37,482 nucleotides of DNA from a virus (lineage: Duplodnaviria; Caudoviricetes): the IMG/VR virus record IMGVR_UViG_3300031578_000158, positions 1 through 37,482 of that record. One strand, 5' to 3'. Positions 1 through 8,753 of the stretch are shown piece after piece. The first letter of the stretch is position 1. Each line of letters starts with the position of its first letter. The position numbers and the translations under genes are program-made. The notes under the pieces were generated by a model. That model searched no databases, was not told the DNA's origin, and saw only the letters and a program-made list of their open reading frames with translations.

Positions 1-409
1 TCCAGTATTCAACACTGATCTCTGAAACACCCAGGATCATACTTACCTCATAGAAGGACATATCCAGAATCTCAAGACATGTTTTTAATACATGAGTAAA
101 ATGGTCCTGAGAGATACCCTTAGTCAATGTTTCTGGAGTTTCAACCAGAATCTCGATCTGAGCCTCTAACCCAGCTACTTTGGCTTCTGGTTCTTGTTCT
201 GTCTTGTCCCCAAAAGACTCTCTCTGTACTACCTCTGATCCATAGAGGTCTCCTATCAACCCGTTCACCTCTGCATCCAATCTAATAGCAGCTAGCGCCA
301 TCTGGTGAGTGTTCGCCGATTCGTTTGCTGTATCTTCTCCTCTCATAATACAATCAGCCAGGTACTTGTGAATTGCCTTTCGTTCTTCGTGTGTGAGTCC
401 TGCTTCCAT
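1..409 (-). CDS. Hypothetical protein, 3' end outside window, probable helix-turn-helix near the edge
   Basis: Read manually: ATG at 409, open to base 1 (MEAGLTHEERKAIH...LEILDMSFYEVSMILGVSEISVEYW); the last segment fits an HTH pattern. Absent from the ORF track because no stop is in the window. Confidence 0.6.
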   Translation of the reverse strand, partial: MEAGLTHEERKAIHKYLADCIMRGEDTANESANTHQMALAAIRLDAEVNGLIGDLYGSEVVQRESFGDKTEQEPEAKVAGLEAQIEILVETPETLTKGISQDHFTHVLKTCLEILDMSFYEVSMILGVSEISVEYW

Positions 410-414
410 TGTTG

Positions 415-822
415 TTAGCTACTTTCAACAAGATATGCAATATGAGCAAGGAGTGCAGGACTGTTAATGTCTTGATCTTCCCCCCCTCGATACCGTCCCG
501 TGGTCTTGTTTCTGAAATACCAATCGAAGGATCCGTTTTTGAATATAGTAAACGACAAATTAAATATCTTAGTTGTCCAGTATATTTCTAGTCTATCGCA
601 ATATATCTCTGCAAAAGGAACCACGATAATTGCTCGCTCTAGGTCGATATGTGGAGCAATACCCGATTGCGGGATCTCCTTTTGCTCATTGGGCATAAAG
701 TAGTCCGTAACAATTAGTGCTGTTGTCAGTTGTTGCTCATTGATCTTATTCTCTGATTCAGATTTGTTGAGATAATCCAACCAGTCCTTCTTGGTGTATG
801 TTTTAGATTCAGTCATGATCAT
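415..822 (-). CDS. Hypothetical protein
   Basis: 135-aa ORF in the minus-strand array; ATGA overlap with the upstream ORF. Confidence 0.6.
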   Translation of the reverse strand: MIMTESKTYTKKDWLDYLNKSESENKINEQQLTTALIVTDYFMPNEQKEIPQSGIAPHIDLERAIIVVPFAEIYCDRLEIYWTTKIFNLSFTIFKNGSFDWYFRNKTTGRYRGGEDQDINSPALLAHIAYLVESS

Positions 823-995
823 TCTCTGTATCCTATCCAGGGGGGTCTTGGTGGATACGTTGTGACTCTAAGGTGCTCACTAGCACTTGGCCCGCAGGCA
901 GCACACTCAGGAATAGTTCTCTCTACCCAGACATGCCACGATTGACACTGATACACTCTTCTGATTGAGTTGGCGTCATGAATATGACATTTCAT
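819..995 (-). CDS. Small Cys/His-rich protein (58 aa), below ORF-track cutoff
   Basis: MKCHIHDANSIRRVYQCQSWHVWVERTIPECAACGP...; ATGA overlaps with neighbours on both sides. Confidence 0.6.
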   Translation of the reverse strand: MKCHIHDANSIRRVYQCQSWHVWVERTIPECAACGPSASEHLRVTTYPPRPPWIGYRE

Positions 996-1225
996 GGATG
1001 AGCCTCCTCTGGGTATATCTCAATTAGAATTACACCATCAATATCCAAGGAATAATGTACAGCACCACCACCATGTTCCTCTTTGACAAATGGTTCAATC
1101 CCGGGGAAATTGCTTGCATCTGGATATAGATTGAGGTCAAGGATGAGTTTAAATGCTTGTACGGCATCTTTTGGATATTTTGTTCTTAGGGTAACTATTT
1201 TGTCGAACTTGATTTGGTTGTTCAT
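992..1225 (-). CDS. VOC/glyoxalase-like small protein
   Basis: IVTLRT...FVKEEHGGGAVHYSLDIDGVILIEIYP resembles glyoxalase-like proteins. Start moved to ATG 1225, behind an AGAGGA SD (track start is 1240). Confidence 0.5.
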   Translation of the reverse strand: MNNQIKFDKIVTLRTKYPKDAVQAFKLILDLNLYPDASNFPGIEPFVKEEHGGGAVHYSLDIDGVILIEIYPEEAHP

Positions 1226-1292
1226 GTTGTTCCTCTCCATAATGTTTGTTCTGTCTCACCGATAGGTGAATAAAAAGGAAAATTGAGGAAAT

Positions 1293-1523
1293 CTATAATC
1301 TATTCCTGAAATGTTCTCCCACTTGCCTGTTCACCAACATTGCAGCTTCATAGCCCTGGTCCAACCCAATCAGATAACCAGACATAAAGCCTTCTCTTTG
1401 CCCCTCGTGTAGTTTGACATGACCGTGCTGTTTTGCCGCATGAATGATGCCAGGATCATAGATTTCATCGTCACACAGGAAGCACTTCATGATGGCATCT
1501 TGTCTCGGATATTGTTCTTCCAT
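1293..1523 (-). CDS. Hypothetical protein with CxxC
   Basis: 76-aa ORF with KCFLCD and a G-x3-G repeat (GQREGFMSGYLIGLDQGY). Confidence 0.55.
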   Translation of the reverse strand: MEEQYPRQDAIMKCFLCDDEIYDPGIIHAAKQHGHVKLHEGQREGFMSGYLIGLDQGYEAAMLVNRQVGEHFRNRL

Positions 1524-1657
1524 ATCTCTCTGTATCCACAGTGCCTACATTGAAATGTAACATGCCCAAGATCAAATAAATCATCTGGCCTGCCTTGCAT
1601 GACCAATTCGTACCTATGACTCCCGATTAAGCATAACAATTTTCTTAGAAATATCAC
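1487..1657 (-). CDS. DUF1660-like small phage protein
   Basis: GTG at 1657 with GTGA overlap; RKLLCLIGSHRY...QCRHCG pattern. Confidence 0.55.
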   Translation of the reverse strand: MIFLRKLLCLIGSHRYELVMQGRPDDLFDLGHVTFQCRHCGYREIWKNNIRDKMPS

Positions 1658-1971
1658 TCCCTCTCCTTGTTCAGCTCCTTGAGGCACTCCCTGCACGCCG
1701 CATTCCACCCGGCATCATAGGCTCCACCGGGTCCGGCTCCGTCCCATCGCGCCATCACCCCCTCCACGATCTCCACCGCTCGCTCGACCCATGCGTCGTG
1801 GCGTGCGGCCCTCGCCTCGTCGCGTTGATCTACCAGCCGCCTGATGATGGCTGCTGCCGCCGCAGTGGTCTCGCTCGATGCGAAGATCCCGAGCGCAACG
1901 CATTGCTCCAGCGCCAGCAGCACGTCCAACTCCCTCTCCGCCAGTACCCCATTCAACTCGTTGTCGGTCAT
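1654..1971 (-). CDS. Hypothetical protein, GC-rich module
   Basis: ATG 1971 with AAGGAG SD and ATGA overlap with the upstream gene; 105 aa. Confidence 0.65.
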   Translation of the reverse strand: MTDNELNGVLAERELDVLLALEQCVALGIFASSETTAAAAAIIRRLVDQRDEARAARHDAWVERAVEIVEGVMARWDGAGPGGAYDAGWNAACRECLKELNKERE

Positions 1972-2903
1972 TGGGTCTCCTTCCTTAGCGCGGCGATGAT
2001 CCGTGAGCAGGCTGCGTTTTTTCCGATGCTGAAATTGTCCATAAGCGGGGATTTTGGGCGCACCCCCTCCACTATCTCCTCGATCCTCTCCATGGGGATC
2101 GAGTCGGATGCGGGCCTCACTTCGGGATAGCAGTCCCCGTGGTGCAGGCCACCCCGCCGACCACAGCGGGGGCACGGGCCACCGATCTTGTAGGGCGTCT
2201 CCTCCCACCCCTTGTACTTGAGCGCCCCACGAACGAGCGCCAAGGCTCCGAGTGCGGCATTGATGGCGTCCATCTGCTCAAGAGATTTCCGCAGCACTGC
2301 CTCTGACTCCCGTGCGTCGGCCGCGTTGGCATCTAGGTCTGACTTCAGCTTCTCCACCTCGGCCCTCGCCTCGTCGCGATCGGCTACCAGTGCATCGCGG
2401 TCACAATCTCGGTCATTGACGGCTGCGCGGAGCGACGTGCTGTACTCCTCGACCAGGGCGCGTAGTCGATCCACCTCATCCTCAGCCTCCACTGCGCGCT
2501 TGCACCAGTAGCCTGTTGAACCATCAATGAATTTAATCTCAAGCTCGGCCTGCTGCGCCCTCACCTCCGTCTCGCGGAGATTCACGAGAGTTGCTTCCAT
2601 CTCCTCCTCGGAAGCCTCGAAAGCCTTTTGGACTGCCGTGTGCTCGTTGAAGCAGGCATCGAACGCATTGCACAAATGGCACTGTCCGCAGTCTACACAT
2701 TCCGAAAGGCAATGATCCGGTTCGTCGTGCATGAGGAGATCGATATAATCTGCGTTCGTTTTACAGATCCAGCATTCAAATTTTGGTTGTTCGATCGTGA
2801 AGAGATCAGCCGTGAAGAGATCAGCACCGCACTCTTTGCAGTACGGACGATCCACTGTGTAGACCGGAGAATGCCCCTCTACGTCGCAATCGTACTGGCT
2901 CAT
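1968..2903 (-). CDS. Mosaic Cys-rich and coiled-coil hypothetical protein
   Basis: 311 aa; several CxxC clusters, central heptad region, CPRCG..HHGDC; exact 15-bp tandem duplication at 2796-2825. Confidence 0.7.
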   Translation of the reverse strand: MSQYDCDVEGHSPVYTVDRPYCKECGADLFTADLFTIEQPKFECWICKTNADYIDLLMHDEPDHCLSECVDCGQCHLCNAFDACFNEHTAVQKAFEASEEEMEATLVNLRETEVRAQQAELEIKFIDGSTGYWCKRAVEAEDEVDRLRALVEEYSTSLRAAVNDRDCDRDALVADRDEARAEVEKLKSDLDANAADARESEAVLRKSLEQMDAINAALGALALVRGALKYKGWEETPYKIGGPCPRCGRRGGLHHGDCYPEVRPASDSIPMERIEEIVEGVRPKSPLMDNFSIGKNAACSRIIAALRKETQ

Positions 2904-2904
2904 T

Positions 2905-3102
2905 TTATGGGTTCCCTTTTGTCATTAACCCAACAAACTCTTTTACCGTTTCTTGCGTCCCCCTCGTGGCTGCAATCGCCTTGTCCAAAAGAAGCTGGAA
3001 AGTGATCTGCACAAAGAGCATTCTGTCGATGTTCTCGTTCATCTTCTTGTGCCCTTCTTCAAGTGCGTCGATTCGCTTGAGTAGATCTGTGATGTCGCTC
3101 AT
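2905..3102 (-). CDS. Small coiled-coil protein
   Basis: 65 aa; TAAAATG coupling on both sides. Confidence 0.6.
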   Translation of the reverse strand: MSDITDLLKRIDALEEGHKKMNENIDRMLFVQITFQLLLDKAIAATRGTQETVKEFVGLMTKGNP

Positions 3103-3206
3103 TTTATGGATTCCGATACGTGCTTCTGAAAAGACGAATATCTTCTTCGATCATGGCTTTCCTTTGTCTTCGTAGAACTGAATCCTGCCCTGGTTCATGA
3201 AAGCGG

Positions 3207-3422
3207 TCATGGGGTCTCCTTCTTCTCCACCAGCGCACCAATCTCCGCAGCTATCTGCTGTCCACACCCGCAGTCCCGTGAGTACGCGAGAGCCCACTGC
3301 ACCGCCTCCTTGAGTGCAGCACCCCAGCCCTCAGCCCTCGCCTCCTCCAGGCACAGCGGACAGGTCACTCCGGGGCGAAAGTACACAGCGTGCTCGGCGC
3401 AATTCAGCACGTCGTCAGTCAT
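3207..3422 (-). CDS. Hypothetical protein, GC-rich module
   Basis: 71 aa; GGAGG SD; CxxH...CPLC. Confidence 0.6.
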   Translation of the reverse strand: MTDDVLNCAEHAVYFRPGVTCPLCLEEARAEGWGAALKEAVQWALAYSRDCGCGQQIAAEIGALVEKKETP

Positions 3423-3423
3423 C

Positions 3424-4155
3424 TCAAACCTCCACTATAAAATGTTTATCAAATTCACGATTCAGACAGTGCGTGTATCCTCTTGGATTGCATACCACCC
3501 TTGTTTCTCCAACTAAGTAATCACAATTCCCATGAGTATGTCCGTGGATCCATAATTTAGGTTGTTTGTCCCAAATCAAATCCTCCATGTCGCACAAAAA
3601 GAATCTGTTGAGCTGACTTCCCTTGAACCTGGAATCAACGCTCTGTTCTGTCGGTAAATGATGTGTCACAACAATTGTGTCTTTATCTGTGTTCTCATTC
3701 AGAAACGTCTCTGCCCTGTCGTTCTGTTCATACACCCAGGGGTCAAATCCAGAAATAACCAAGAAGTCACTTAGCATTCTCTCGTAAAGAATATTTTCGG
3801 GGTGCTCTCTGAACCACAAAGAAGTTCCTGCAAACTTCTGACCATTAATCGTAACACACTCATGGTCGAGCCAGTGGAAGTTATCTAGCTTCCTGTTGAG
3901 GGCCTCCAGACGGTTGTGAACAATATGTGGGCTAACCCTGTAGTATTCGTGGTTGCCTGTGACATATACCACATGAGGATACAGGACTGCAAACTGCTCA
4001 AGCGCAAAGATGAGACCGTAGTCAATAAGTGAAATATCTCCGGCAAGTACGAGCACGTCAACGTCTTGGTCCTTGGGATAGACATCGGCCATGAATGAGT
4101 CCGGCCAGTGGTTGTCGAACTCAAAGTGGAGATCACTAAGTATTTGTATCTTCAT
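3424..4155 (-). CDS. Calcineurin-like metallophosphoesterase
   Basis: Motifs SDLH, AGDI, GNHE, THH, HGHTH and NPRGY. Confidence 0.92.
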   Translation of the reverse strand: MKIQILSDLHFEFDNHWPDSFMADVYPKDQDVDVLVLAGDISLIDYGLIFALEQFAVLYPHVVYVTGNHEYYRVSPHIVHNRLEALNRKLDNFHWLDHECVTINGQKFAGTSLWFREHPENILYERMLSDFLVISGFDPWVYEQNDRAETFLNENTDKDTIVVTHHLPTEQSVDSRFKGSQLNRFFLCDMEDLIWDKQPKLWIHGHTHGNCDYLVGETRVVCNPRGYTHCLNREFDKHFIVEV

Positions 4156-4802
4156 AGTTGCTGGTATTCGTGATTCACGATCTCAATGATCTTATCAATA
4201 AAGTCTTGAGATTGTTTCTTCACTCCTGTTCTGGCTTTGCTGGCTGTGTGTTCGATCTGATCCTTGATACTGCCAACTACAACATTCTTCTTCAATCGCT
4301 CTGCGTGTTTTGCGGCATCAACCACACCCTGGACTTTGGTTTCATATGCACTAAGTTCAAGTATGGCTTTATCTTTGAGTGCTGCGGTCTCAGTGTGTTG
4401 TTTGTGGGATTCCTCTAGTTCAACCTCAAGTGTGTCTATCTGTTTTTTGGCTGAATCTAGTTTCTCTTGTAGGTCTGTCGCTGAATCTTTTTGTCCGTAA
4501 TGTTCGTATACTTTGTATACGACATCCGCAGCAGCGGCAATTAAACGCTGCAAATTTAGTTCGTCATAGTCTATGTATCTGCCTCCGTCGCTTAAATAAA
4601 TAACTTCATTTTTACATCGGGTAGTGCCTTTAAAAACTCGCCCCATTATGTCCAGTGTTTGCTGGATCTTGATCTTATTGAGTTCTTCTTCTGCTTCCTT
4701 CTCTCTTTGTTGTCTTTCTAGTTTGATCTGTGAAATCCTCTGTTCCTCCTTTTTCTTGTAGTAATCCGCATCATGGTTCATCAAGTAATCACGGTGGCGC
4801 AT
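4152..4802 (-). CDS. Coiled-coil hypothetical protein
   Basis: 216 aa, rich in E/K/Q heptads; ATGA overlap with the phosphoesterase. Confidence 0.65.
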   Translation of the reverse strand: MRHRDYLMNHDADYYKKKEEQRISQIKLERQQREKEAEEELNKIKIQQTLDIMGRVFKGTTRCKNEVIYLSDGGRYIDYDELNLQRLIAAAADVVYKVYEHYGQKDSATDLQEKLDSAKKQIDTLEVELEESHKQHTETAALKDKAILELSAYETKVQGVVDAAKHAERLKKNVVVGSIKDQIEHTASKARTGVKKQSQDFIDKIIEIVNHEYQQL

Positions 4803-4804
4803 CT

Positions 4805-5020
4805 TTACACCTCGCTATGATCTTCGATCAGCTCAAGAACCTTAGACGCGGGGAAATGGGACAACTCGCTCAACACAATATTGAGCACCCCTGACAGTTC
4901 AGCGATGTTTAAGTTTACCTTGCCACCTTCTCTCTCTGCCACTCTCTTGGTTAGCGCCGCCTCATTGATCCTGCCGTCACTGCGATAGAGCATTGCTTTG
5001 TCCATCTTGTTGTCACTCAC
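4805..5020 (-). CDS. Small protein resembling the helical N-terminus of HU/IHF
   Basis: GTG 5020 after AGGAGG; INEAALTKRVAEREGGKVNLNIAELSGVLNIVLSEL is similar to HU helices 1-2, with no beta-arm. Confidence 0.4.
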   Translation of the reverse strand: MSDNKMDKAMLYRSDGRINEAALTKRVAEREGGKVNLNIAELSGVLNIVLSELSHFPASKVLELIEDHSEV

Positions 5021-5261
5021 CGTGGTCCTCCTTCTTGATGGTTGAACCTTCAAAGTTAATCAATTCCGTAATCTTTGTGTAAATCATTCCTGCACAAGAC
5101 TCCCAGAACACATGGGCACCAATCACAAGTGGGATACTACCCCGTATTCTCTGCGCAACATCTGCTGCCCGCCTTAGTCCGTCTATTCTTCCTTTAATGT
5201 AAGACCCAGGATGCTCCCATCCACATAGATCATGATCATGATTGCATGCTTTATATCTCAT
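5013..5261 (-). CDS. Hypothetical protein
   Basis: 82-aa ORF overlapping the next gene's start. Confidence 0.55.
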   Translation of the reverse strand: MRYKACNHDHDLCGWEHPGSYIKGRIDGLRRAADVAQRIRGSIPLVIGAHVFWESCAGMIYTKITELINFEGSTIKKEDHGE

Positions 5262-5359
5262 GGAGAACTCATGGCCTTTTCCAGTCGTTCTTCTCTAGTT
5301 CACTTAGATACCTAAAGAATCTATCAAGCGCAAGACAAAAGGCTATCATTATGGCTATC

Positions 5360-6106
5360 TTAGCCAGCATAAGGCCACGCACTCCTGAGAGTGTCATATA
5401 GCTGTTGATCTAATGTTGTTAATGATTGAATCGTACTGAGTTGTGACTTAGTTAGGTGACTTCTCTTGATCCTGTTCTCAGAAACATTCTGTACCGTAAG
5501 AGGTGCTGGATTACGGATATTGAAGGAGTCAATAACTTCTCGCCTAAGACAATATAGCTTTTCGGTTATACCGACAATGCAACAACGCAATACATCGTTG
5601 GCCTTCTCTAGCATCATGGCCCTTGTCTTTGGGGTCTGCCTAGAGGTTCTAAAGCGGCAAAATTTCCAATGATCTACATATTTTTCTAGTATGTATCTAA
5701 ATGGAAGGATAAGAGATCTAAGTTGGTAGTCTTCAATCATTGTTCTACCAGATTTGTCAACAAGGAACTGATCCAAAGACATACCAGACTTCATGCCGAA
5801 TTTCTTGGCTACATGTGTCCCCCTTGAATATTGATAGTATTGTGAGAGTGCCCTGTCTATCGGATTTCTCAATATTACAATAGGAACAAACTTTTTGCCT
5901 TCGTGTTCCCAGCCAAGGACATCTGGAACACCTCCACGAACAATTACAGCAGAAGTATTCCCATCTACTGCCTTTAGTCTTTTGGTGACAGCCGGTTCCC
6001 ACCCCTTGATGCATTGTCCACCATATGACTGCTCAAGGAATCTAGTGAACGCAGTCCCGCCTGTCTTGGGGACATGCAACAATACCGGTACACGTTTGTC
6101 GGTCAT
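5360..6106 (-). CDS. PAPS-dependent sulfotransferase (Sulfotransfer_2-like)
   Basis: 5'-PSB motif LLHVPKTGGT, 3'-PB motif ILRNPIDRALSQY, and C-terminal VGITE and LDQQLY. Confidence 0.88.
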   Translation of the reverse strand: MTDKRVPVLLHVPKTGGTAFTRFLEQSYGGQCIKGWEPAVTKRLKAVDGNTSAVIVRGGVPDVLGWEHEGKKFVPIVILRNPIDRALSQYYQYSRGTHVAKKFGMKSGMSLDQFLVDKSGRTMIEDYQLRSLILPFRYILEKYVDHWKFCRFRTSRQTPKTRAMMLEKANDVLRCCIVGITEKLYCLRREVIDSFNIRNPAPLTVQNVSENRIKRSHLTKSQLSTIQSLTTLDQQLYDTLRSAWPYAG

Positions 6107-6216
6107 GGTGGGTGGAGACTAACAGCAAAAAGTGTTCATGTCAACACGTCACAAACAATCTCAGACATATTGTTTTCAGCTTGACTCAACACACCGAAAA
6201 GGTTAATACTATCATC

Positions 6217-6537
6217 ATGAAGTACAGAAACTACGTCCATCGTGACGCCATCGAACGAGACTGGCCGAGCGGCCCTCATGACTCAAACAAGAAGCAACGT
6301 TCTAAGTCTGAACGACAAATTGTCAAGAGAGAGATCGGACAATTTGATCCGTTTGATTTATACTGCGAATACTGTGGCCGAAGGCTATGTAATTATGATT
6401 GTGACATGCATCTAGATGAAGACATGTATCTAGATGAAAGTGCATGGGCCGATATGTGCCTTGAAATGCTGATAGACAATCCACAAAGCCATAAAGTAGT
6501 AGAACAATACTTAATAGTTGACGAAACGGAGAATTAG
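6217..6537 (+). CDS. Hypothetical protein with basic N-terminus, Cys cluster and acidic tail
   Basis: Likely start ATG 6217; CEYCGRRLCNYDC; 18-bp tandem repeat at 6403-6438 (17/18 identical). Confidence 0.55.
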   Translation: MKYRNYVHRDAIERDWPSGPHDSNKKQRSKSERQIVKREIGQFDPFDLYCEYCGRRLCNYDCDMHLDEDMYLDESAWADMCLEMLIDNPQSHKVVEQYLIVDETEN

Positions 6538-6546
6538 TAGTAAAAT
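6518..6546 (+). promoter_or_regulatory. Sigma70-type promoter
   Basis: TTGACG-17 bp-TAAAAT upstream of the AGGAGG/TTG start at 6596. Confidence 0.7.
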
Positions 6547-6595
6547 TCAGCTTATTAGTATCCGTATGTTTTGTCCTATTTAGGAGGCTTCAATT

Positions 6596-7060
6596 TTGGC
6601 TATTGAGAACGATACAGACTATCTTCAAAAATCGGGCAAGGAAGAAGCACTCAACTTGCTTGTTGGGTCTAATTCTGCCGTAACGGCTCTTAGGTTTTCT
6701 ATCGATGACACATATGCCCCCCCGGTAGGCGCCCTGTTCACGTATACGGTTGATCTGGCCTCGTCTCAGATTCCCGCACCTGAACGGCTCAATGGTCCAT
6801 ATAGATACTGGACATTTACCACAGAAGATTTTGGTGGTGGAAGCGCAAACCTTTTAGTGGTTTTTGGCTCGGCAGATAACGCCGCTGCTTCTGCCGCAGC
6901 GGCAGATATTGGGGGGGTTGCTGGAACTACACATCTGGAGGTTGATCTTGGGTTTGTCCCCGATGGAATCCCAAGAACATTCTTCTTTAGAGATGGAATT
7001 ACCAGATGTGACATGTTCACCGTCACCGGGCCCACTGGCGTTATTGTAGAGATCCATTAA
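6596..7060 (+). CDS. Hypothetical protein, beta-rich, possibly virion-associated
   Basis: 154 aa; AGGAGG SD, TTG start; rich in A/G/T. Confidence 0.65.
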   Translation: MAIENDTDYLQKSGKEEALNLLVGSNSAVTALRFSIDDTYAPPVGALFTYTVDLASSQIPAPERLNGPYRYWTFTTEDFGGGSANLLVVFGSADNAAASAAAADIGGVAGTTHLEVDLGFVPDGIPRTFFFRDGITRCDMFTVTGPTGVIVEIH

Positions 7061-7062
7061 CA

Positions 7063-8298
7063 ATGGGACATCATCCTTGGCGCAACACCATGCACCCAGG
7101 TCCAATCTGGTATACCAATGCGGGGATGGGACACTGGTCGCAATACACTGCTCCCGTCGCATTTGTAGCTGGAACATGGGTTGAGCAAATTGCAGCAGGA
7201 TCAGTAACACCTATCTCTGGTTCTTTTGCTAGCTTCCCCCATGACGGGGCAGGTGGCAACAAGAATTGGTATTCATTGTCTCACACCGCTGGGTTCGGTG
7301 GTGATGAATTCCTACAGTTGCTCAGGGTGCCCAGTGATTATTCCGTAATTGAAGAGATCGACGCTCCATTTGCTGCATTTGACAGTTTGGCACTTTATCG
7401 TGGGTTAATGGTCAATGCCGGTATCACAGCGGAACTTATGATCACTGGACTTGCCGCTGATACTGTTTCTGTGAACGCCCACCTTGCGTATACGGCAACA
7501 CCGTTGACAACAACCTCTCCGACATGGACATCGGTGAATAAGTTTTCGGGAACCACAACGCCAACTGGATTCGTGATTCTTTCACCAATGCTCCCCCTTG
7601 TTGGGCATCATCTCGGACAGTCACATATGGCCCTTGCGCAGTCCGAAGTGAGTGGAGACATTGGTATTTACACATGGGACTCTCTCAGCGGAACATCTGA
7701 GGTTTTAGAGAACACAATATTAGCTTCCGCTTCTCTCCTGAACCAAGTCTCTGGTGGTGGACTGATTGTAAACGATAGTTTCCTTGCTTTCTCTTTCTAC
7801 GACAATGATGCTCAAGAATTCGTTGTAGTTGGGAAAGATCCCTCAACCTCGACCGTCCTTTTTGAGAGTCGCTCGGCACAGGCAGGTGGGACTACGGCAA
7901 ACGGAGTCACCAGGGGATCCGCCAGGGCAAATATTACCGCTACAGTGGCGGCAGAGTGTGAGTTCTACGTTGAGCCCATTGTGTTCCCTGCTGCGCCCAA
8001 GACAATGATTGTGACTACAGCCGGTGTCACATCAGAACCCACGCTACCGTCTTTGCCAAAAGGAAGCGGTGATCTTTCAAACAAACAATATGCCATTGTT
8101 GATGGTGGTTTGATCTACAGACGAGACACACCCGGGTTCACATATGCACTACAGACTAACGTAGTGGACTCTCCTGTTTTCACTGGTGGTGGTGCAGTTT
8201 CCCCAATGGTGGCTGATCGTTCTCTTGACCAATCTGATGGCTCTGCCATTCAGGTTCTCTTGGATGATGGAAGTGTCTGGACCTTTCATCCTTCCTAG
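7063..8298 (+). CDS. Ser/Thr/Gly-rich beta protein, possibly structural or propeller-like
   Basis: 411 aa; composition typical of virion accessory proteins; no family recognised. Confidence 0.6.
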   Translation: MGHHPWRNTMHPGPIWYTNAGMGHWSQYTAPVAFVAGTWVEQIAAGSVTPISGSFASFPHDGAGGNKNWYSLSHTAGFGGDEFLQLLRVPSDYSVIEEIDAPFAAFDSLALYRGLMVNAGITAELMITGLAADTVSVNAHLAYTATPLTTTSPTWTSVNKFSGTTTPTGFVILSPMLPLVGHHLGQSHMALAQSEVSGDIGIYTWDSLSGTSEVLENTILASASLLNQVSGGGLIVNDSFLAFSFYDNDAQEFVVVGKDPSTSTVLFESRSAQAGGTTANGVTRGSARANITATVAAECEFYVEPIVFPAAPKTMIVTTAGVTSEPTLPSLPKGSGDLSNKQYAIVDGGLIYRRDTPGFTYALQTNVVDSPVFTGGGAVSPMVADRSLDQSDGSAIQVLLDDGSVWTFHPS

Positions 8299-8310
8299 TG
8301 AGGAGGCATC

Positions 8311-8694
8311 ATGGATCCGCTTTCTCAACTAGGTGTCGGTGGAGTTTTCGCTGTCTTTATCATCAGGGAAGTGTTTAATCTCCTAGATAAACGCAAGACC
8401 GCTAATGGTTCTATAGAACCAGATGATTCTATCAAGAAGACTATCTATCAGATATCCAAACAGATAGATGACCTACATGACTGGCACAAGGTTACGGATG
8501 AGGATGGAGTCAAGGTGTGGTATGTCAGGCGAAGCCTGGAGACCTCCCTCAAAGATCTGTCTGATAATATTAGAATTCAGACTGAGGTTCTACAGAAGAT
8601 TCTCCAGACACAAACCAATATGGAGAACAATATGAACAAACTAGAGGCTGATCTGGCTAAACAGGCTGACAACAAATCTGTAAGTTCTGTCTAA
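8311..8694 (+). CDS. Holin-like protein (BhlA/UviB-like)
   Basis: Single N-terminal TM helix (SQLGVGGVFAVFII) followed by coiled coil; AGGAGG SD. Confidence 0.55.
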   Translation: MDPLSQLGVGGVFAVFIIREVFNLLDKRKTANGSIEPDDSIKKTIYQISKQIDDLHDWHKVTDEDGVKVWYVRRSLETSLKDLSDNIRIQTEVLQKILQTQTNMENNMNKLEADLAKQADNKSVSSV

Positions 8695-8723
8695 GTGTTG
8701 GTTATCGTTGGTGATCTTTTCCC

Positions 8724-8753
8724 TTGACAGAGACTAGACTGACCTGCTAGGGT
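8724..8753 (+). promoter_or_regulatory. Possible sigma70-type promoter
   Basis: TTGACA-18 bp-TAGGGT with TGn extension. Confidence 0.4.

Noticed and set aside
1972-2208. N-terminal extension of the 184-aa ORF
   Set aside because: It overlaps the 311-aa gene out of frame; the SD and ATGA coupling point to 1971.
2796-6438. Tandem duplications at 2796-2825 (15 bp) and 6403-6438 (18 bp) as regulatory repeats
   Set aside because: Both are in-frame two-copy duplications inside coding sequence, most simply explained by replication slippage.
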